Source: an uncultured Bacteroidota bacterium (GTDB lineage: Bacteria; Bacteroidota; Bacteroidia; Flavobacteriales; Flavobacteriaceae). From it: 64,000 nucleotides of DNA. The stretch lies in assembly GCA_902577515.1 (NCBI GenBank), contig CACGZJ010000003.1, positions 32,418 to 96,417 on the forward strand. The letters are read 5' to 3'. A program made the position numbers and the translations under genes. The notes below the pieces were generated by a model. It was not told the origin of the DNA, ran no database searches, and was given only the letters and a program-made list of their open reading frames with translations. This document shows positions 21,108 to 31,717 of this stretch, in pieces. Positions within the stretch are counted from its first letter, which is position 1; every line of letters begins with the position of its first letter.

Positions 21108-21715
21108 TGGATACTCCAATAAATGTTTTTAGTGATTGGGCCCAAAATGGTAAAGATGAGGGCATGGAAAGACATCATAATGAATCTGTAATGAATATGA
21201 TTGATTTTGCATGTAGTGGATTATCAGAATATTCTTTTATTGATGCTGGATGTGGAAACGGCTGGGTTGTAAGACATATTTCCAAAGATGCAAAATGTAA
21301 TAATGCATTTGGTGTTGATGGGTCTTCTAATATGATAAACAAAGCCAAGAGACTTGATGATAAAAACAAATATTTTTGTGAAGATTTGTTAAAGTGGATC
21401 CCTCAAAGCAAAGTTGATATAGTTCTATCGATGGAAGTGTTTTATTATTTCGAGAACCCAGGGTTACTTATTGAACATATAAATAATAATTGGATAAAAA
21501 GTGGGGGTAGATTAATAATGGGGGTAGATTATTATCAAGAAAATATATCTTCTCATTCATGGCAAAAAGACTGTGGCATTTCAATTATGAAGCTTCACTC
21601 TGAAAAAGAGTGGAAGGTGTTATTTGAACATGCAGGTTTAAAAGATGTTAAATCTTGGCGAAATGGACAAGATAAAGACTGGGGAGGAACCTTGATTGTT
21701 ACTGGTACTAAGTAA
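21107..21715 (+). CDS. class I SAM-dependent methyltransferase
   Basis: 202 aa. Motif I is IDAGCGNGW. TAATG overlap with the upstream gene. Confidence 0.75.
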   Translation: MDTPINVFSDWAQNGKDEGMERHHNESVMNMIDFACSGLSEYSFIDAGCGNGWVVRHISKDAKCNNAFGVDGSSNMINKAKRLDDKNKYFCEDLLKWIPQSKVDIVLSMEVFYYFENPGLLIEHINNNWIKSGGRLIMGVDYYQENISSHSWQKDCGISIMKLHSEKEWKVLFEHAGLKDVKSWRNGQDKDWGGTLIVTGTK

Positions 21716-22244
21716 TTTGTTGTAAGAAGATTTTAATTTGCTCTTCTAGTAAGCATATTAGTTTTTTATTTGTTATACCTTCTTTGTCAGAAAAATTTTC
21801 TTCAAATTTAGGTAAGCTAAAGTTTGGTATTTCATGTTTACTCTGTTGAGAAAATCTTGATAAGGCAGCATTCATAACTGATTTACCTCCTCTTGAGCCA
21901 TTTGATGCAGAGAGAAGGAGAATAGGTTTGTAATTCCATACAATTTCTTCAATTACAGATATCCAATCATAAATATTTTTAAATGCTGCGGTGTATGATC
22001 CGTTGTGTTCTGCAAGTGATATAACTATTCCGTCTGAATCTTTAATAAGGTTTTTAAATTCATATGCTTTTTCAGGAATACCATCAATTCTTTTTCTATC
22101 ATCACTATAAATTGGCATTTCATAGTCATTCAAATCAATAAGAATTGCCTCTTGAGGAGCTATTTTATTTGCTACAAAAGAGGCAAGTTTCTTATTTATT
22201 GAGTTGTTTGATGACGATGCACCAAAAGCTAAAATTTTACTCAT
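21708..22244 (-). CDS. NADPH-dependent FMN reductase family protein
   Basis: 178 aa. N-terminus ILAFGASSS.NSINKKLA and the overall flavodoxin-like pattern of the SsuE/YieF family. Confidence 0.75.
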   Translation of the reverse strand: MSKILAFGASSSNNSINKKLASFVANKIAPQEAILIDLNDYEMPIYSDDRKRIDGIPEKAYEFKNLIKDSDGIVISLAEHNGSYTAAFKNIYDWISVIEEIVWNYKPILLLSASNGSRGGKSVMNAALSRFSQQSKHEIPNFSLPKFEENFSDKEGITNKKLICLLEEQIKIFLQQIT

Positions 22245-22328
22245 TATCTAGTTCTGTGTGAACCATCGCAAAACCCATCTGGGTCTTTGGTATTTCCACA
22301 TCCACACTTTGATCTTTCTGAATTCATA

Positions 22329-22940
22329 TTATAAAGTTGTTAAGTTAATAGATAATTCGATATCATCATATATAAGTTTATCACCAAGATTTTCAAAAAA
22401 CGACCCTGATCTAAACCTTACATCATATTTTGACCTATCAAATACAAGATTTGCAGACCAACCATCCTCTGAGCTTATCATCTCAAAATTTACTGGGTGA
22501 GTAAAACCTTTGATAGATAAATCTGCTGAGACATTCCATTTACCATCTGATATTAATTCAGAACTGTTAATTGATATAGCTGCTGTAGGATATGATTCTA
22601 CAGAAAAAAAGTCATCTGATTTTAAATGACCTTCTAATCTTGCCTTACTATCTCCTTCCATGTCTTGATTATTTATTGAAGTCATATCAACAATAAACTC
22701 GCCATTTACAATTGCACCATTAGAAATTTCAAAATTACCTGAAACAAAATCTAAAGTTCCATAATGAGAACTTGTAGATACTTCTCTACCTGTCCAAGTA
22801 ATTTGGCTCTGTGCAGTCTCTATATTATAAATATTGTCAGCTGTTACAACACCCTGTGCTTGCTGTGTACTAGCTTGGTTTGGATTAGTATTACATGAAG
22901 CTAGTATGATTAACATTAAAAAAGTGAATAATTTTTTCAT
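22329..22940 (-). CDS. YceI-like lipoprotein
   Basis: 203 aa. Lipobox (LASC) and the YceI pattern (..W.G........H.G...F..G, RL.GHLKS.DFF). Confidence 0.75.
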   Translation of the reverse strand: MKKLFTFLMLIILASCNTNPNQASTQQAQGVVTADNIYNIETAQSQITWTGREVSTSSHYGTLDFVSGNFEISNGAIVNGEFIVDMTSINNQDMEGDSKARLEGHLKSDDFFSVESYPTAAISINSSELISDGKWNVSADLSIKGFTHPVNFEMISSEDGWSANLVFDRSKYDVRFRSGSFFENLGDKLIYDDIELSINLTTL

Positions 22941-23037
22941 TTGATTAAAATTTTTGTAAAACTAGAAAAATGAAAATTCGTTAAGAATAAACAGTTTAGT
23001 TTTAATTATTATTTAACAGTATTAAAGAATCGATAAA

Positions 23038-23153
23038 TGTAAAGCAAACTTGACAAGTACAAAGTAAAGTTTATTTTACATATTCCTTATTTTTGTTAAT
23101 TTGTAAAGTTTATTTTACAAAAAATTTATTATATTTGTAAAGTTTATTTTACA
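23038..23153. promoter_or_regulatory. array of palindromic operator-like repeats (TGTAAAGTTTATTTTACA)
   Basis: There are three near-identical copies: 23063-23080 (first base A), 23102-23119 and 23136-23153. A degenerate copy sits at 23038-23055 (TGTAAAGCAAACTTGACA). Each is TGTAAA-N6-TTTACA. The last copy ends 1 nt before the xre ATG. Confidence 0.8.
23130..23137 (+). promoter_or_regulatory. -7 box TATATTTG
   Basis: Lies 17 nt upstream of the ATG at 23155 and overlaps the third operator copy by 2 nt. Confidence 0.55.
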
Positions 23154-23154
23154 A

Positions 23155-23349
23155 ATGCTAGTTAATAGGGTAAAAGATTATAGAAAAGGTAGAGGCTTAA
23201 CACAAGAAGATTTAGCTACAAAGGCAGGCGTTAGCAGGCAGAGTATTATTTCAATCGAAAAAAACAAATTCATTCCAGGACTTGATGTGGCATTAAAGAT
23301 TTCTTCTTCACTTGAGGTTAGCATTGATAAACTCTTTTATTTTGTTTAA
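23155..23349 (+). CDS. small XRE-family helix-turn-helix regulator
   Basis: 64 aa. GLTQEDLATKAGVSRQSIISIEKNK is a classic HTH_3 core. Confidence 0.88.
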   Translation: MLVNRVKDYRKGRGLTQEDLATKAGVSRQSIISIEKNKFIPGLDVALKISSSLEVSIDKLFYFV

Positions 23350-24291
23350 ATGAGAAGCATAGACGCAGTTATTACTTGGGTTGACGGATCTGATGAAGAT
23401 TATAAAAAGAAAATAGAAAACCATTTAACCACGTCAACAAACTATAAGAAACAGTATTTACAGGCTAATGAAATTGAATACTGTGTAAAATCTATTTTAA
23501 AATTTGCGCCATTTGTAAGGAGAATATTCATTGTTACAGACAACCAAAAGCCCAGTTTTAATGGTCTTAAAGATCTTATAGTAAGCAAGAAAGTTAAGGT
23601 TGTTGACCACAAAGAAATTTTTAAAGGTTATGAAAAATATTTACCAACATTTAATATTAGATCAATTGATGCTGTACTCCACAGAATAGAAGATCTATCT
23701 GAAATGTTCGTTTATTTTAATGATGATGTTTTTTTAATAAACAAAATCCGTGAGGAAGATTGGTTTGTAGAAAATAAGGTGGTATTAATGGGTAAATGGG
23801 CTAAAAGCTACAGCATAAACCCTATTAAGATGTTATCTGGAAAATTTAAAAAAGTATTTGGTCTAAGGCCAAGTTTTAATGCCTCTCAGTCAAAAGCAGC
23901 CAATATAAGTGGTTTTAAAAAAGAATATTTTAAGTCATATCATACTGCAAGGCCTCAAATTAAATCATTAATTAAGGAATTTTACCACAAAAACCCTGAA
24001 TCTCTAATCGATCAAATTAAATATAGGTTTCGACATTATGATCAGTTTATGCCATATAGTCTTTGTTGGCATTTATTAATTAAAGAAAATAGGGCAATAA
24101 TAAAAGGAGTCAAAGAATTAAAAGAAATCCAGCAAACCCAAAACCTTAATGCTAAACAAATGATTTCAATTTTAGAAAAATTGGATGATACAAAGGAAAT
24201 CAAATATTTAAATATTCAGGATTTAAATTATGCAAGCAAAGATGTGTTTATGATTTTCGACAAATGGATGAGAAAAAAACTATATGGTTAG
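23350..24291 (+). CDS. Stealth-family hexose-1-phosphoryl transferase (capsule/EPS phosphotransferase-like)
   Basis: 313 aa. CR1 is IDAVITWVDGSDEDY. CR2 is VTDNQKP...LPTFNIRSIDAVLHRIEDLSEMFVYFNDDVFL. The start directly follows the xre stop (TAAATG). Confidence 0.8.
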   Translation: MRSIDAVITWVDGSDEDYKKKIENHLTTSTNYKKQYLQANEIEYCVKSILKFAPFVRRIFIVTDNQKPSFNGLKDLIVSKKVKVVDHKEIFKGYEKYLPTFNIRSIDAVLHRIEDLSEMFVYFNDDVFLINKIREEDWFVENKVVLMGKWAKSYSINPIKMLSGKFKKVFGLRPSFNASQSKAANISGFKKEYFKSYHTARPQIKSLIKEFYHKNPESLIDQIKYRFRHYDQFMPYSLCWHLLIKENRAIIKGVKELKEIQQTQNLNAKQMISILEKLDDTKEIKYLNIQDLNYASKDVFMIFDKWMRKKLYG

Positions 24292-24294
24292 AGT

Positions 24295-25536
24295 CTATAG
24301 TTTTGAAATAACCGAGACCACTCTTTCAACTTCTTCCTTTGTGTTATATAGAGAAATTCCTAGCCTTGTAACCCCACCCCTTTCCTCAAGCCCAAGTTGT
24401 TGGATAGCTCTCAAAGCATAGAAGTGTCCGTCCCAGGCACATACATTTTCAGATGCGAGAGCCCTACATACTTCTTGTGGCGTGTAATCAGAGTGAATAA
24501 ATGACACAGTTGGTGTTCTTTTCTTATCTGAAAAATCTTTACCAATAACATTAACCTTATCTAAATTATTAATGGATTCATATAGATGTTTGGCAAGTGC
24601 GAATTCATGGCTACTTATTTTAGAAAATGCATCTATTAATTTATCTCTAAATGAATTGCCTTCTCCCATATTAGCAATAAAGTCAATTGCAGCTGAGACT
24701 CCTGCACAAGCAGCGTGATTGAGAGTACCTGTCTCGATTATATAGGGCGCCTTTTGATCCTGAACTACCAAACGATCAGTTTCTAGTTGTTCTAATAGAC
24801 CTGGTTTAGAATATAAAAAGCCAACATGTGGGCCATAAAACTTATATGCAGAGCATAGGAGAAAATCACATCCAAGCTCTTTTACATTAATTGAGAAATG
24901 AGGAGCATAGTGAACAGCATCTAATAAGAGCAAGCAGTTTTGTGGAAGAAAAGATTTAACCGATATAAAGTCATTCAACGTTCCAAGGGCGTTAGAAGAC
25001 ATCCCCATACAAACCATTACTGTTTTATCATTAATCTTATTTCTAAAATCTTCATAATCAAGTCCTCCATTTTGAAGTAAGCTTACCTCAATTAATTTAA
25101 CACCTGCTTCCTTAAGAACTTTCCAAGGACCTCTATTTGCCTCATGATCTAATTCAGTTATAATAACCTCATCTCCTGAGTTAAATTTTTTAGTTAAAGC
25201 TCTGGCAAGACTATAATTTAAGGACGTCATGTTTTGACCAATCGAGATTGTGTCTGGGCTGTCTGATCCAAGAAATTCAGACATTTTTAGCCTTAAATCA
25301 TCCATCACTTTATCAGTCTCTTGGCTAGTTATAAACTCTCCATGAGTATTAGCATTTGATCTAATATAATATTGTGAAATGGCTTCAATTACTTGAATTG
25401 GAACTTGTGTTCCACCAGGACCATCTAAGTAAATAATTTGATTCTTATTATGATCCACTCTTCCAATAGAGGGGAAAAAATCTCTTATTTCTGAAGAATT
25501 GATCATGGACAATTTAGCTATTGTTCTAGCTTCCAA
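24295..25536 (-). CDS. class-V aminotransferase-fold, cysteine-desulfurase-like PLP enzyme
   Basis: 413 aa. YLDGPGGTQVP N-terminus, a HEAN-like block, and the PLP-lysine context SAYKFYGPH. No signal peptide. An alternative start exists at 25506. Confidence 0.8.
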   Translation of the reverse strand: MEARTIAKLSMINSSEIRDFFPSIGRVDHNKNQIIYLDGPGGTQVPIQVIEAISQYYIRSNANTHGEFITSQETDKVMDDLRLKMSEFLGSDSPDTISIGQNMTSLNYSLARALTKKFNSGDEVIITELDHEANRGPWKVLKEAGVKLIEVSLLQNGGLDYEDFRNKINDKTVMVCMGMSSNALGTLNDFISVKSFLPQNCLLLLDAVHYAPHFSINVKELGCDFLLCSAYKFYGPHVGFLYSKPGLLEQLETDRLVVQDQKAPYIIETGTLNHAACAGVSAAIDFIANMGEGNSFRDKLIDAFSKISSHEFALAKHLYESINNLDKVNVIGKDFSDKKRTPTVSFIHSDYTPQEVCRALASENVCAWDGHFYALRAIQQLGLEERGGVTRLGISLYNTKEEVERVVSVISKL

Positions 25537-26609
25537 AAGGCAATACCGCCTGCCTGCTTACCAATTTTAACAGAGCTTACTAACTTAGCTTTACCTATAT
25601 CAATGACATCAAGGACACCTGGCTCTCCGCCTATTCCCTCTACTGTAACAAATGCATATTTATTATCAGGTGAGATAACGACGCCATGGGAAACCTTTGT
25701 TGTGTTATCTACAATCTTCGATTTACCTGTTTTGAGATTTTTTATTTCTGTTTTTCCTTCACCTTTCAATGTTGTTACAAGTTTTTTTCCATCTGAAGTA
25801 ATATCAATATTGTATGGGCCTTTACCTGTCTTAAATCTATTTATAATCTCCCAAGAGTCAGTATCAACCTCAATTATCTCATTAGAAGAATTACCCGCTA
25901 TATAAACTTTTGAATCAGATGGATGAGGGATCACCCAGGTTGGCTGAGTAGTTGAATGATGCATCTCTTGATGATTCATACCCTGATGATCCATATCCTG
26001 ATGATTCATGCCCTGATGATTCATGTGATGGTTGTTATCAAGTTGAAGAACACGATTAACCTCTAGAGAAACAGTATCTACCTCATATAACTCACCTGAC
26101 ATCATTGCTACCGAGTATTGAAACCTTCCATCTGGAGAAATTCTAGAACCATGAGGCATAACTCCTGTTGGAATTTTAGTTATCTCTGTCATTGTTTGAG
26201 GGTCAACAACTGAAACTGAACTTGGAGTCATAGTTCCATATAACTTAAAATTTACACAATATAAGAGTCCTGTCAAGCTAGATATTTCCATAGTTGCAGG
26301 AAAATAACCTAATTCTGTAGTTGCTATTTCAGTGTTTGTTTGAGTTGAAAACTTAGTTAAAGTTCCATAAGGGTTTCCATGTGCTAAAGAAAGATACCAA
26401 TATTCACCAGAGGGATCAACGGTTAGTCCATGTGGACCCTCTGTTTCAGCAAACTTAATCCCAACAGGAATTCTCTCTAATTCAGTGGCACTTTTTCCGT
26501 CAAATTTTATTAACGAAACAGTATCATCAGATTCTGCAGCAACATATAAATAATAGTTTTGAGAAAAGCCAAATGTTGTAAATACTAAAAATAAAATTAT
26601 CCTTATCAT
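25518..26609 (-). CDS. secreted YVTN/YncE-like 7-bladed beta-propeller with a Met/His-rich insert
   Basis: 363 aa with a signal peptide. Repeated blades follow the P.G...SPDGK..YV pattern. The insert reads HHMNHQGMNHQDMDHQGMNHQEMHH. Confidence 0.7.
   Translation of the reverse strand: MIRIILFLVFTTFGFSQNYYLYVAAESDDTVSLIKFDGKSATELERIPVGIKFAETEGPHGLTVDPSGEYWYLSLAHGNPYGTLTKFSTQTNTEIATTELGYFPATMEISSLTGLLYCVNFKLYGTMTPSSVSVVDPQTMTEITKIPTGVMPHGSRISPDGRFQYSVAMMSGELYEVDTVSLEVNRVLQLDNNHHMNHQGMNHQDMDHQGMNHQEMHHSTTQPTWVIPHPSDSKVYIAGNSSNEIIEVDTDSWEIINRFKTGKGPYNIDITSDGKKLVTTLKGEGKTEIKNLKTGKSKIVDNTTKVSHGVVISPDNKYAFVTVEGIGGEPGVLDVIDIGKAKLVSSVKIGKQAGGIAFWKLEQ
25956..26030 (-). repeat. in-frame tandem 15-bp repeat (4 units) encoding M-[ND]-H-Q-x
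   Basis: Units lie at 26010-26024, 25995-26009, 25980-25994 and 25965-25979 (minus-strand sense ATGAATCATCAGGGC and variants). They are flanked by further His codons. Confidence 0.9.
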
Positions 26610-28624
26610 TAGTCTGGTATACCGGTTCTCTCTATATATTGATTTTCATTAGAGGTGTCTGGCTTATCCTCAGAGACCTTAGCTACACCTAATCCTGAAT
26701 ACATATCAGAGTAAAACACATAGCCCTTGTAAACTTGTGCGCCCCATGACATCGTTGCATTCTTTATAAATCCATTAGGAGAACCAGTCATTGTATAGCC
26801 TATCTCTCTGTCTTGTCTAAATAGATCTCCTACTAATTCACCACTAATATCAACAACCCTAACTCCTCCTCCATACATTGCTACATACAAAACATCTTCA
26901 TCAACCCACAAGTTATGAGATCCTGTTCCAGGCACCTCAAATTTTGCAACTTCTACTGGATTATCTAAATCCGTGAAGTCTACAAAATGACAGAAGCCTG
27001 CAGTAATCTCAGGTTCAGTTAAGTTTACCCCTTCAGGGAATATTTCGTCACATAAGACAACATAAAAAGTGCCTGTAGATTTGCTTCTAAATGGAAAAGC
27101 AGCGTGATTTGCCCCGCTTGCATAAGTATAATTAGAAAAAGGTACTGGATTAGATGGTGAACCACCGGCAATTCCGTTACCTACATCTACAAGGTATACA
27201 CCGTCTCTCCAATTTGATGAATATGCGATACCATCCTCAATCCATACATCATGTATATTCTGACCCTCACTTCCAACTTCAAACATTCCAACCTCTACAG
27301 GATTTGTTGGGTCTTCTATGTTTAGGATATAATATCTTTCTCCTGTTCCTAGAACATATGCATGATCGTTATCTATAAACAGGTTATGAACTCCACCATT
27401 AAGATTCTTTGTATACTCTGATAAAACTTTTACATCGTATGGATTAGTTACATCAAGAATAAATATTCCATTTTTTCTGTTAGAGGCTCCTTCTCTTGAA
27501 ATAATAGCAATCGTTCCATCTTGTGAGACTTTTACATCATTAACTGTTCTAGCATCAACCTTTATGCTATCAATTTTTTTCATATTTGTTGGATCGGTAA
27601 CATCCCAAAAGAATGCCGTACCGTCTGCAGAGTGAGTTCCAGTTACAGCATAGTCTCTTCCATCCACTCCTTCAAATATCCAAAAGTCTGAAGTTCTTTT
27701 ATCCGGAACTACAGTGTTACCAACTCTATAGACTTCTCTTTTTATGTCTCTTGCAACAACTCTTAAGGGCTTTGAAGAAGTTATATCACCAAGAGTTGCA
27801 GAAATTGAATAATTTCCAGGTTCCTCAGCTACAAATCTTCCATCATTTAAAATTGTACCTGCAGCTGATTCAGACACATCAAAAGATTTGCCATAGAAAG
27901 TATATTCAAAAGGCAAGTTTTTGATTTCATTTCCAGAACTATCAAAACCAGTTGCAGTATATCTTACAACATCACCTGTTCTAGCTACTTCCTGATTTGA
28001 CGTTATTTCAATTTTCGATAATGGGTTTTCGGAAACCTTAATCTCTACGGTAGCTGATACTCCATCTAATTCAGCAGTTAATTTAGCAGTACCTGAAGCT
28101 ATAGCTTTTACATTATTTGTGTTATCAATTGAGAGAATTTCAGAACTACTTGTTAGATTTAGTTTTTGACCATCTCTTTCAAACCCTTGTTCGTCTACTA
28201 CATCAAAACTTAAATCTAAATAGGTGCTAACATAATTGTCTTTAGGAACACTTATTGTTATCTCCTTTACCATAGCATATCCTACTTCAACTTCAAAAGT
28301 TCTACTTAACCTTTGATCATCTAATCCGAGGCATACCGCAACAACCTCATGATTTCCAGGTGCATTTGCTTTGATCTCACCTTTATTTCTGTCATAGGAA
28401 ATTGCCTTTGCTCTACTAAAAACTCCTTGCTTGTTATAGTAAAAAGTATAAGGACAAGATAGCCTTTCACCTTTTAGGTTTTCAGCATAAGTTTCTGGCT
28501 CAAAAGTCTCCCCGATTTTTAATTTCAAACCTTGCAAATCTGATTTAACAAAAAGGTCTTGAGAATAAAGGTTTGTTATAGGAAAAGAAAGTAATAGTAT
28601 TGATGTTATTAAAATAGTTCTCAT
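26609..28624 (-). CDS. secreted Big_2 (Ig-like) plus LVIVD-repeat beta-propeller protein
   Basis: 671 aa with a signal peptide. Ig-like segments (GTAKLTAELDGVSATVEIKV) are followed by LVIVD-type repeats (IFILDVTNP, YILNIEDPTNP, VYLVDVGN, VRVVDISG). There is a 1-nt overlap with the downstream start. Confidence 0.7.
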   Translation of the reverse strand: MRTILITSILLLSFPITNLYSQDLFVKSDLQGLKLKIGETFEPETYAENLKGERLSCPYTFYYNKQGVFSRAKAISYDRNKGEIKANAPGNHEVVAVCLGLDDQRLSRTFEVEVGYAMVKEITISVPKDNYVSTYLDLSFDVVDEQGFERDGQKLNLTSSSEILSIDNTNNVKAIASGTAKLTAELDGVSATVEIKVSENPLSKIEITSNQEVARTGDVVRYTATGFDSSGNEIKNLPFEYTFYGKSFDVSESAAGTILNDGRFVAEEPGNYSISATLGDITSSKPLRVVARDIKREVYRVGNTVVPDKRTSDFWIFEGVDGRDYAVTGTHSADGTAFFWDVTDPTNMKKIDSIKVDARTVNDVKVSQDGTIAIISREGASNRKNGIFILDVTNPYDVKVLSEYTKNLNGGVHNLFIDNDHAYVLGTGERYYILNIEDPTNPVEVGMFEVGSEGQNIHDVWIEDGIAYSSNWRDGVYLVDVGNGIAGGSPSNPVPFSNYTYASGANHAAFPFRSKSTGTFYVVLCDEIFPEGVNLTEPEITAGFCHFVDFTDLDNPVEVAKFEVPGTGSHNLWVDEDVLYVAMYGGGVRVVDISGELVGDLFRQDREIGYTMTGSPNGFIKNATMSWGAQVYKGYVFYSDMYSGLGVAKVSEDKPDTSNENQYIERTGIPD

Positions 28625-28696
28625 AATTTTTTTTTTAGCGATTAAATATAATTATTTAATAAATATAATCGTGGTTAAATTAGTTAATTTCATAAG

Positions 28697-30892
<2,196 letters not shown>

Positions 30893-31014
30893 TTATTTCT
30901 AATTTATAAATTTTTATCACTTATTCTGTCTACTTTTACCTCTTAATAATAAATTCTTAGCCACTATAGTGATAGCTTATAGTTAAAAGCCTTAATTTAG
31001 AGAAAAACACTATT

Positions 31015-31686
31015 ATGACGAGCAACAGCGATATAATTAAAAAAACAAAGCCTGTTTTAGAGGGATTCACAACCTATCTTCAGGTTTTCTTTTGTCTATT
31101 AATTGCTTCTTTTATAGCTGGAGCTCCTTCTAGTATATATGAAGCTGTATCAGGCAACCCTCTTTTTCTAGAATTCAACTATGGAGAATCTATAGTATTT
31201 TCTAATGAAAGCATTTTGATCTCATCTATTGTATTATTACTTGTTTTTTATCTATCTGCCTCTATTCAAGTAGGAATCTCATTATTCTGTCTTGATATTT
31301 ATAATGGAAAAGACATAAATTTTTCAACACTTTTTGGCAGCTTTAATACATTGAAACCTTTGGCCATTACAATATTATTAACCTTAATCATAGGTGTTGG
31401 ATTTATCTTATTAATTATTCCTGGAATTATCTTAGGTCTTATGTACTCACAGGTGTACTATATTCTTGCAGAGAATCCTGATATCGGTGTTTTAGAGGCC
31501 TTTAAAAAAAGTGAAAAAATGATGAAAGGGAAAAAAGAGCAGCTATTCATGCTTACACTAAGAGCAATTTTATACATGATTTTAGGTGTTTTTACTTTAT
31601 TTATATGGTGGATTTGGTTATTACCAAGGTATAATGTTGCTTTTGCTGGGTTCTATGAGGAACTAAAAAAAGACCTTAATAATTAA
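31015..31686 (+). CDS. DUF975-like integral membrane protein
   Basis: 223 aa with several TM segments and a Gly-Ile-Pro-rich loop (IIPGIILGLMYS). The family assignment is from memory. Confidence 0.55.
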   Translation: MTSNSDIIKKTKPVLEGFTTYLQVFFCLLIASFIAGAPSSIYEAVSGNPLFLEFNYGESIVFSNESILISSIVLLLVFYLSASIQVGISLFCLDIYNGKDINFSTLFGSFNTLKPLAITILLTLIIGVGFILLIIPGIILGLMYSQVYYILAENPDIGVLEAFKKSEKMMKGKKEQLFMLTLRAILYMILGVFTLFIWWIWLLPRYNVAFAGFYEELKKDLNN

Positions 31687-31717
31687 AAGAATATAGTTGC
31701 GCTTTATATAAAAATCT

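Noticed and set aside
22258-22500. An 80-aa plus-strand ORF
   Set aside because: It mostly overlaps the well-supported YceI gene on the opposite strand, has no motif and has odd composition. I treat it as spurious.
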